From assembly GCF_036365525.1 (NCBI RefSeq), contig NC_090377.1:77485198-77549197 (forward strand): DNA of 64,000 bases, given 5' to 3'. Source of the stretch: Heterodontus francisci. Its lineage: Eukaryota. Shown here piece after piece: positions 12,496 to 22,347 of this stretch (the first letter of the stretch is position 1; each line of letters opens with the position of its first letter). The notes below the pieces were generated by a model. That model was given only the letters and a program-made list of their open reading frames with translations. It made no database searches and was not told where the DNA came from. Position numbers and translations under genes: made by a program.

Positions 12496-15064
12496 AGTTA
12501 CTTTGGTTTTCGAAATCAATGTTTACCGACGAGAAGCGAAAGCCATGACCTGAGTTGCGAAATCCACGCGTGAAATGTTAAATTAAAGCATAACTGATCT
12601 GCAGCATGAATATCACAGAACATTTTGTATCGAGATCCCCCTATGGGAAATGACAATGTAGCAAAAGCATTCGAGATGCATAATTAATATTAAATAATGC
12701 ATAGACGGAGCCTATATCATTGCTGCTAAATGTTTTAATTAGTACTGTGTCCCCTATGCCATAGAATAAACAGTAACGCCCTGTCATATATATCAATATA
12801 TATTCCCTGTATTTTGTTGTTCTAGTTTATAACCTGCAATATTCATACCCTTGTAGTCAGCATTTACGCTAATTTCTGCACTTAGACAAAACATAACTGG
12901 ACAATAAATGCCGAAAACAACGGTAATGGAAAATGACAATAATATTGTTGCGATTTATGGGAAGACATAAACAATTAATGCTAATTGTGGTTAAGCAAAT
13001 GCATTAAAAAGTGATATTAAAAGTTGCACTGTGAAAATTATGTTTTCTTCCCAAAGGTCTTGTGCAACAACAGCTGCTTCTGTAAAGTACGGGAGACACC
13101 ATTTTAATGTTATTGTTTTCTAATAAAAGAATTAATACAAGTTGAAAGAGATCATAAATAGCGCGTTTAAACTGCTGGCATAGGCGATAAACATTTTTTC
13201 AATGTAGGAAATGATATGGCCACAAGTTAGCAAATATGTCTTATGGTTAGCAAACATAATAACCTTTCAGATCCTTGAAACAGCTCGTACGTTCGGACCG
13301 TTATCTCAAAAAATCAAAAAAACTTGTATCAATGATGATACGAAATAAAAATTTCTGCAAACAAGGATTTTTGAGATATTGATATTCATGTTAATTTCGA
13401 ACCTTGTTTATTAATATTTATCTGTAGTCCAACAATCAAAATGAATGAATGCTACGATGAATTAATTGTGAAGCTTTGCAGTATTCTTTTGAGTGGAGAT
13501 GTTAGATAAACAAAGATGTATGGATTCGGAATTAAATGCAGTCGCTCGAAATATCTGTCCTCTGGCGCCCTCATCTGTTTCCTTTGATTTTAACAGTCAT
13601 ATTACTTTCACAGTGGCTCCAAAATGTTAATTTCTCTGACAGCCAGCGCCTTTTGGAAATAATACTTAAGGAACCAAATTAAAAATAAAACACTTTGTCT
13701 ATATAAGTTAACTTTTGTATTGATTAGTTATTTTACATCGACACAATTTGAAAATACTGCTATAAGGGATAAATAAATGTATGAATTGATTTGTTCTTAA
13801 TAAAACTGACCTCTGGACTTTTGTATTGCTCTTTTGTGAGCGATAGCAGTTAGCTAGCTAACGAACAATTGACTTCTCCGTGCCGTTGTTAAACATAGAT
13901 GCCTTGAAATATTTATTATCAAGGGCAAGTGATGAGAGAAAAATAAAGTTTGAATTAAGCATTTTCATAAAATCTATCTCATAACCTGTAGTCTGTTGAA
14001 AATCCGTTTGAGCACTGAACGCAAAATCTCTTTATATCTGGTTGATATTGGTGGCAGATTGGAAGACTGCAGAAAATGTCAATTCTCGTTGATATTGGCA
14101 TAATACTGATTAATGAAACTGAGCAAAGTAGTGTTAAACACAATACAAAGAAGATATAGTGGCAAGGGCATTCGTTTGGAAATTGATTGCATGACTTCAA
14201 AATCCATGATTTCTGTCATTTATATTTTAATTACCTTTGGTACTGTGTGAAGGGAAAGTTTTAATAGGACAGAAAAGTCACAAAGCTGGTTTAAAAAGAT
14301 ACGTAGACAGATTACACCAGGTCTCTGTGCGCAGCAGTAGTTCACTTCTGCTAGCTCAAGGAAGGTTTACGGCAATAGACTAAATATTTGTTTGATCGTC
14401 TAGTGCAGGTACCGCGAGGTGTAATTCTAGAGCGTTAAGGGTTATAGCAGGCAATAAAAGGTCCTTAAATGCTTTTTGTCTGACGCAAGTTGCAATGTCA
14501 CTAAAGAGGTTTATTCCAGATTGCGGTTCACTGTTCTACTAAATTATTGCTTCATTCTGCTGCTTGGGTTTTAAAAAATGCGCGTTTACAAGTCTAGGTA
14601 ACCTGCAATCAAATATTGTAAATTGAATTCACCAGAGAAAAGTCATACAAAGAAAAACTGAAAGAATCAGCTGATACAAAACTCAACATTGACCTTGAGT
14701 CAACAGTACGTTAACTATAGTACAAATGTGTCATTCTGTAATGCAGCCGTGTCCTTGACGTTTGTTCACAAAGTTTAATTTGCAAAGAGTCCACACCGTG
14801 TTTTATTTACCAACTGTAGTAGAGTTACAGCAATAAAAAGATCAGGTAGTTTGGACCAGGGTGTAGTATGTGCACCTAATGGATAGCTTAGTTCCATTTC
14901 TGGGAGGTGGAATTTAACGTATTTGCTCAGTGCCTCTCACGCATATCATTCTCAACATTTGGAACAAAGAAGAATTTACGCTGACAAGTAGCGACAGAAA
15001 ACTATCAGGAATATTATATTTGTAAGTGGCTGGAGTGAACGCAATCATTTAGTGCAGTTGTAAG

Positions 15065-15593
15065 ATGGATTCGACTTCCCTGCAGTACAAACTGACGTTA
15101 GAGACATCTAGCGATAAAACAGGAATACTGCAAGATGAAGCGCGGCCGATGGAAATTGTACCAGTACTTTCCACTAACTTTGGAATTTCTTCTGCTATGT
15201 GTCCAACGCCTTTGAAAACGACTTCAAGTGGAAGGTGCCATGGATTGTACTCCGAAGGCATTTCAACTTGTGAATCGCATGGAAGCGCAGATCGGGAGAT
15301 AGTTGCTATGTCATTTGAGGCAGGTCAATTTCCTACAAACCAGCTTCAAAGTGACAGTCATATATCTTCGTTTACTAGCTACCGGCATAACCCCTGCACC
15401 AGAGGTGAATACCCTACCAACTCCTCATTTTATCAGCATTGGCCTTTAGAATATCCCCGGGCTGCACCTGTCCAGAACCAGACAGATTCCAACAATCTGG
15501 GCATGCCTGCCTTTAGCCATCCTCAGTACTGCGGAGCACCGTTTTCAGGAGGAGCACTCAACACTACAATGCCTGGTGTCCCAAGGCATTTAG
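15065..15593 (+). CDS. hoxd14: Hox paralogue group 14 protein, exon 1; spliced CDS 529+182+90=801 nt, 266 aa
   Basis: Long ORF MDSTSLQYKL...PRHL with donor TTAG|gtcggt in phase 1, matching the exon 2 acceptor. Choice of ATG and donor is less certain than for the homeobox exons. Confidence 0.8.
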
Positions 15594-16361
15594 GTCGGTC
15601 TAATATTCACACACCGCATGCCTGTCTCTCGCTGTTAGATACAGAGTTAATATTTGAGTTAAGGTTTTTAATGTGTTCAAAAGGCAAGATTAGTATTTCC
15701 GGGTCTTGCAGCAACACCCAGGTGATTGTATTTCATCGACTGTGGATGTTTTACCTTGACTGTGAATTATTGCGCATTTAATTTTTGCATGTAATTCTAG
15801 AAAAAACATGTCCACCAAACTTTAGGAGAGCTAAAACAGTTCGCTTTTCCTAAAGGTAGTTAGAATTCTTACGATGTATATTCAACACGAATATTTTACC
15901 TAAAGAAAGTGGTCGATGAATGTTAGTTCCTTTCCAGTCAATTGCTACATATTTATTTTTCATTGAAACATTTAGGAGATCCAATCAAAATTTACATTTC
16001 GTACACAAAATATGCAAATATAACAAAAGAAGAAGCATACCCACTTCAACTGAAAAATATTTACTTTGGAGAAAATGTATTACGTATTCAAATAAAAAGG
16101 GGAGTATGGGAACCCAAATTTTTAAATAAATACGAATACGTTTGATATTAAGTCTCGTCACTACTATGTTAATTTTTGAGGATAAATTAACTAACGTCAA
16201 TTAAAATAAGCGATTGTCAACGGCACTATTTGATCTTTAGTTATCATGGGGTTTGTGTATACAAGAAGATGATACGAGTACGAAAAATACACGCTGCTGT
16301 GAATTTCAGTTATTGTGGTCGAAGTTTCAAAACATATTGATGGATATGTGTATTTCTTTAG

Positions 16362-16543
16362 CATTGGGATTTACATCGCAATGGTCAACATCGCAGAACT
16401 CAATACACAGACAAAGAAAAAAACGAGTCCCTTACAGCAAACAGCAAATCGCTGAGCTGGAAATGGCTTATGAAAACAATCGATTCCTCACTCCCGAAGT
16501 CCGCTTAAACATTTCGTTCAAGTTAGGCTTAACAGAAAGGCAG
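16362..16543 (+). CDS. hoxd14: Hox14 exon 2 (linker and homeodomain residues 1-44)
   Basis: Acceptor tatttctttag|CA, strong donor CAG|gtaaga. Encodes [61 protein letters not shown]. Confidence 0.93.
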
Positions 16544-16712
16544 GTAAGAGAATCTCTTTCCAGTTTCTACAAAACAAAAGGTGAAGTCCCTGTCTGGCAA
16601 TGCTATCTCTCTTAATTGTCAACAGGTGGGCGCATTTATTCTCACAGAATATTAAACCAAGTCAGTTTATATTAGCCATCTTTTCTTCTCAAGTAGTCTG
16701 TCTATTTTTCAG

Positions 16713-16802
16713 GTGAAAATATGGTTCCAAAACCAGCGACAGAAAGAGAAAAAGCTTCTTCGTGTACAGCAATCGATAAATCCAAGTTGCCCCGGACTCT
16801 GA
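16713..16802 (+). CDS. hoxd14: Hox14 exon 3 (recognition helix and C-terminus)
   Basis: Acceptor tctatttttcag|GTG. Translates VKIWFQNQRQKEKKLLRVQQSINPSCPGL* (TGA 16800-16802). WFQNQR is the vertebrate Hox14 signature. Not shown in the ORF track. Confidence 0.94.
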   Translation: MKIWFQNQRQKEKKLLRVQQSINPSCPGL

Positions 16803-17254
16803 AATGGAATACTTCCCCTCAAATGAAGAATGGCTTTTTGAGAGTTACAGAAGCGTGTATTCGGACATGCATTGGCAAAGTCACCTCTCTTCAAATGTAT
16901 ATGCACATAGGTTATTTCGCATTCTCTCTTTCAATACTGTCCTTTTGCAGCTGCACGAGTGCAAAAAGTTTTATCTTACATTATTGTCACATCTAGTTTT
17001 CTGTGTTAAATGCTATCAACGGATTGATTCTACTAAAGGTGGCAAACAAGAAATATTTATACTGTGAGCCGAATTCGATTCTTAAAGAAAATGTTCAGCT
17101 TGATTTTCTAACATGATGATGACCTGTATACCATCTATTATGTATATAACTAATTATGTTTAGGTACATAAATGATTTTCTAAATGTTAGCGTTCATGTT
17201 TAAAGAATGATAACATTAGCATAGATTGCAGAGGAAATTGCTTCATGACTAGCA

Positions 17255-17260
17255 AATAAA
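17255..17260 (+). terminator. Candidate HoxD14 polyadenylation signal
   Basis: AATAAA about 450 nt after the stop, followed by T/GT-rich sequence. Confidence 0.4.
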
Positions 17261-18760
17261 GTTGTTAATTTCAAATTTGATATAATTGTACAAAATAATT
17301 ACGTTATATTTTCATAGAATTGTCAACGTTGTGAAGGCCTTACTTCCATAACACTGAATTCGAAACATTTTTCTTACCTTTTTCCCAAAAACTGATTATT
17401 TCACAGGCTTTAGTCAACCCGAATGCAATGGGAAGATGCCAACATTTATTCGTTGGATACTACAATGTGCTGATGTAACGCACTAAAACTGCAACACTAC
17501 AAAATAAAATCTATGACTACATTTAGATTGTAAAATACAATGAATTACCTAGACTATTTCCTCAATGGTTCATTGTGCATTTGCTGTTCTCTTCGTGTAC
17601 GCAATTTTAAATGTTAAACAGTTCCCCGTCGATTTGCCGATAACCGCACACTGGTTTCCTAAAAGAAAGGATATTTTACACTTGAACTGATGTTTCGTTG
17701 CGGGGGTCACGGAAGTCGGCAATGCTGTGATTCTGCTATGGATTATTTAGATCAAAAGAATGAACCAGTTCTTGAAAGTTTCGTGTGTAATAAGTTATAA
17801 TGGAACCGAATGCATGGTTTTATTGTAGAGGTAACTGGAACATTGGTCAGCTGAACCAGCCCATAATGTTCAAGTGCAATATATTAATATCTGAGGATCT
17901 CATCTGGGTGTAATATTTGCTTATATGTGATTTCCCTATTATTCCTCTATATTTTTCCTTTATTTACGTGTTACAATGGCAATATTTTCATTGTTGCTTC
18001 AGAGTCAGAATCAGCTCGAGGGCTTGAAGCGTAAAATTAAGAAGGAAATAAACTTGCTTCCAGTTGACTCCAAATTCATTGGCACCCATTTGCTACTGTA
18101 GTGATGATTTTGTTTTGTGGTAAAAGGCAAATATCAGAAGTGCGTTTCTGCACCTCAGAGGCGCAAATCGAAGTCCCGCCTTCTATCCGTCGCCAATATA
18201 AAGAACTAAAAGCAAAAGACACAGGTGGCAAAAAAATAACATAGCCATTACGAGCAGTCCTTCAGATTCTTCCACTACATGGGATAAAACCACGTTGCCA
18301 TCATATGCCTGCATAGAGATTCACCAATGATCGGGGAAGTTGCAAGGGCCAAACATATTTTGAGCGATTGTTGTACGTCTGTCAAAATTTCTTAACTACA
18401 ATACGTAAGTTGGACAAGAGTCTGATATTAATTTCAAACACCACATTACGATATCTGTTGTACATAACCAAAGAAATGTCTTAAAGGTATAGCAATCTTC
18501 ATAGCAATCAGACGAAAATTGTTGTAATTAGTTATTTGCAATTGAAATCAGTTGAATCAATATCTCAGATGCTACAGTTTTCAAGCACATGACTGAAGAT
18601 TTAAAAAACTGGCAAATATTGTATTTGATTTTTTAAAACTTGCATTTATGTAGTGCTTTATCACTCCCAAAAGGATCTTCACGACCATCGAATTCAGTTT
18701 TGAAATGAAATCATTTTTATGTAGGCGACTAGCAGCTACTTTGGGAATAGCAATATCCAA

Positions 18761-18903
18761 CAAACAGCAAACGAATGAATGATCAGATAATCTATATTCG
18801 CAGGTATTGGTTGAGGGAGGAATGATGGCCAGGACAGCAAGAGAACGACTTGCTTTCTTCGAATACTGCCACTGATTTTTTTTTTTGTTTTAAGTCCACC
18901 TGA
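18761..18903 (-). mobile_element. Degenerate DeuSINE fragment (SacSINE1/AmnSINE1-like Deu domain)
   Basis: caaacagcaa...atgatcagataatct...tggttgagggaggaatgatggccaggaca...gagaac...ttcttcgaatactgcca...gtccacctga follows the reverse complement of the Deu domain as I recall it. No database search was run. Confidence 0.65.
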
Positions 18904-19595
18904 TTATAATCCTTTGTATGTCCACTGTTGAAACAGAAAACGTTAAGACTTATATTCTTTAAGAACATATGAATATAATCAGCATGTTAAGCAATCAGGC
19001 ACAATAATTACTGTAGAACGACCCTTACAGACATATATTGAAGAACTAACAATTAAAAATATATCTTAAGAAATTTACATCTGTGCTCACTTCCCGTCAA
19101 CTTTTTCATTATAGATGCCTATGTCCACCTTTATAATAGAAACTTCCAATGCAAACTTGCCGTCCAGGAATTAGACCCTCCAGCCGGTTGTGCAGGTAAG
19201 CGCCACCACTGGTGGGAAGTGGTAATCGCAGCGTGACAAGTTTGCATATTCAGTTTCATTATCAATGAGGAGATAGGCATTTTAAAATGTGTTACTTTAA
19301 AACAAAGACTGAATTAGTTCTCCACGCCTTGTTCTTATGATCCACTGCTCTTTAATACCGTTTCATTTGTTCCTGACTCCTGCTGTACAACACCAAGGGC
19401 GATAGGCGAGTAAGGTAGTGAATATATTGGTGCCAAATTTTATTCATGAACATTGCAGATCGCAGTTTCAGTAGTGAAAGATTTAACAGATACAAAGGCC
19501 TATAACATGTTGTTAACCTTATTTGCGTACTCGAATAACTATTTAAACAGTAAGGGACAATAATGGCATGTTGTCCAAACAATTGGGATTCGAGG

Positions 19596-19677
19596 TAAAA
19601 ACAAGAAATGCTGGAACCACTCAGCAGGTCTGGCAGCATCTGTGGAAAGAGAAGCAGAGTTAACGTTTCGGGTCAGT
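19596..19677 (-). mobile_element. Penelope-like terminal repeat fragment, inverted copy (left arm)
   Basis: 82 nt, the reverse complement of 19745-19826 with 5 mismatches by manual comparison. Confidence 0.8.
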
Positions 19678-19712
19678 AGTTCATTTTACATACCAAGCAA
19701 TCGAATTTATTT

Positions 19713-19861
19713 TGTTCTGTATTATTGAGTTCTGAAGAAGGGTCACTGACCTGAAACGTTAACTCTGCTTCTCTCTCGACAGATGCTGCCAGACCTGCTG
19801 AGTATTTCCAGCATTTCTTGTTTTTATTTCAGATTTCCAGCATCCACAGTATTTTGCTTTT
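19713..19861 (+). mobile_element. Penelope-like terminal repeat fragment (right copy) flanked by a 14-bp direct repeat
   Basis: Elasmobranch-type repeat ...gaaacgttaactctgcttctctc...agatgctgccagacctgctgagtatttccagcatttcttgtttttatttcagatttccagcatc..., flanked by AATCGAATTTATTT at 19699-19712 and 19862-19875. Penelope assignment is inferred from the hammerhead motif. Confidence 0.75.
19727..19765 (+). ncRNA. Minimal type I hammerhead ribozyme motif
   Basis: GAGUU (stem I), CUGAAGA+A (core), GGGUC acu GACCU (stem II), GAAA, CGUU, AACUC (stem I). Stem III is reduced to palindromic ACGU. Predicted cleavage after GUU at 19760. Confidence 0.7.
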
Positions 19862-21940
19862 AATCGAATTTATTTATTCCCTATATCACTGCCGAGGGGA
19901 ACAAGATATGTGGGTGGGAATCTCTTGAACATTTTATATTACAATGTTCTCCAGACCGTCCGTGTCCGTGTTTTCATTGACAAAATTCTGACATTCGTTA
20001 GAACACATTGTAAAAGTATATTTGCATACCATACTACTCTAATTCGCTTGCAGAAGGATACAGTTTGCATTTGAACTGTATTTGAACTCCAGACAATTTA
20101 ACAGAATACTGTTTTCTGGTTCATTGATAGTTTATCCATGTCTTGCAAGTGAAATTCCTCTTATGCGGGATTAGTTTGGACCGGTGCAGATAAATTCATT
20201 TTTATAGGATATATAATACATAAAAAACTGAGCACCTACTAATAGTCCCCAGATAGATTATTTTGTACTCCCATGGAAGAGCTGGGATCAGAAGTTAACA
20301 TCTTTTAAAATGCAATAATTTTACACGATGAATATTAACTTGACTTGTTGATTTGTGTGCATTCTCTGTCCTCACTCCAACAGACAATATGACGTATTCA
20401 GTTGTGTTTATTGTTCAAAGGAACTTTGCATTATTTCAAGAACATTTAACGACTGCTTTTGAATTATGTAAATGTTTTATTTATAAATATTGTCATATTC
20501 TCTTCAGATATGCAGGACTTTGAAACTGTTGAAATATTTGTGATGCGGTCACTACTAGTTACTTAGGACTGTGGGATCAGAGTAGAGTATCGTTCGGCGG
20601 CTTACAACGCAATAAATTACTTATGTAGTTCCTAATGGAGCATAAGCGCAAAAGGTGAGGTAGGAGACATTCACAGCATCAAGTGATTAATTGGTTGCTA
20701 ATCATGTTAGATTAAATATATATTTCGTTACCCTGATTACTGCTGACAGATTAAATCCATTTTACGCCTAGGTGGATTTTACGTGCAAGGTTAATACCTC
20801 ATATATCTAAAATATCACAAGTAAATTTCGATCTAGTTTTAGCAACTGTCTAGGACTTATTTTCAAGTACGGCTGGTGAGTAATATGGTTGGTTGATACT
20901 TGGACAGCTGTGGGTTTATAATACTTTGTTTCCATTTAAAAAAAAATATAGTGAGCATTTTGTGACGTGTAATCTGGTTTCATTCAGGTATTAATAACAG
21001 CCATTACATTTGACTAAAGCGACATGCTTCCGATAATGTGCATTCAAACGGGATTCATATAACCTGTAACATAGCCAGCCTCACTTTGTTAGCTGGATAT
21101 ATCTTTTATCAACTGATTTTAAAACTGTATCTACTGTCGTTAACTAATTTTGAAGTAGATGCTTCTGCATTATGAATATCTACTTTACTATGCTTGTAGC
21201 TCAAATTGCATTGACTTGTTTTGCACATACTATGTTACACGACCTGAGTGGTCCGCTTTAAGTTCATAGTGCAAAAAATCCAATATTGGTCACGTTTTAG
21301 AAAAGCTTCTAGTAATAATTATAAAAATATGTAACGGATTGCGCAAAAGAAAATTGTTGCTAATACGTCATAGGGAATGTTGGCAATTATTTCTGTAGTT
21401 ATTAAAAGGTATAGAAAAGCATGGTCCATGTAATAGGTTTTGATCTTAAATCGAAATTATTATTATTGATGCTTCAGGGTTATGAATCGCTTCATGAGCC
21501 AAGGTCATTTAGAATAGCATCCTGCAAATATTTTTAAGCAACAAATGCTATATGTTATTTTCAGTAACTCAAATATCAGTTTGAAAATGTCAAGCAAAAC
21601 GATATCAACAAGAGAAGGAGAATCAATTTTAATAATCAAAGTCAAATAAACGAAATTTTGTACAGTGAAAGAAGATTTCCCGTCACGGTTGTCCACTGGT
21701 TTCACAAAGCGACAGTGGGAAGTTTATGTTGAACTTCGCTGAAAACATAAAACAATTAAAGAAAATTGATGTGAACCAAAATAACGTTCAAATACATGCC
21801 CTCAATTTTTATGCAAATTAAATAAAGCTTCAATTCTGCTGGCTAAATGATATCAGCATATAAGAAGAAATAACATTCAAAGGAAACAATATTTGCTACC
21901 AACCTTTTCAAATAAAATGTGGAATGTCAATTGGGTCCCT

Positions 21941-22035
21941 GTTTTTTATTTGTTCTGGGATGCCAACAACACTGGCAAGGCCACATTTATTGCACATCCC
22001 TAGTTGCCCTGGAAGTTTGGTGTTGGGCCTTCTCC
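21941..22035. mobile_element. Degenerate fragment of an elasmobranch retroposon (probably LINE 3'-region type)
   Basis: ttttttatttgttctgggatg...ctggcaaggccacatttattgcacatccctagttgccct resembles an abundant shark repeat. Family recalled, not verified. Confidence 0.5.
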
Positions 22036-22308
22036 ATTAGACTCTTTTTTAATCTCATTCAATTTTCTCACGAAAATGATTTTAAGGCGGGTTGAATCAG
22101 CAATCTAACGCATGCTATTAAATATAACTTAGTGTTTAATTTAACATCGCACCACAGGTATTACTGTCTTTGAAGAACGATCTGATATAATTTAGCAATA
22201 GCACACAATTTTGCAAAGCTATGTTATAATTCACAACTAACTCCAATCTTTGAAATTCTCACACAAATCCCACAGAGCTGTTGAGTTGCTTTAAACCGCT
22301 GTTTACCA

Positions 22309-22347
22309 TCTTTCTTTCTCTCTCCTTCCCTCCCTCCCTCTCTTTCC
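22309..22347. repeat. Pure polypyrimidine (CT/GA) tract, 39 nt
   Basis: tctttctttctctctccttccctccctccctctctttcc. Confidence 0.85.

Noticed and set aside
14844-14852. AGGTAGTTT, matching the miR-196 seed region, upstream of HoxD14
   Set aside because: Only 9 nt match, the rest of the mature sequence diverges and no convincing hairpin forms; a chance-level hit.
16721-17067. ORFs of 91 and 87 aa after the HoxD14 homeobox
   Set aside because: Wrong frames relative to the spliced homeodomain; mostly 3' UTR.
19198-19216. CTCF-like GCGCCACCACTGGTGG (and TGTCCTCTGGCGC near 13496)
   Set aside because: Register shift or several core mismatches; not supportable without PWM scoring or ChIP.
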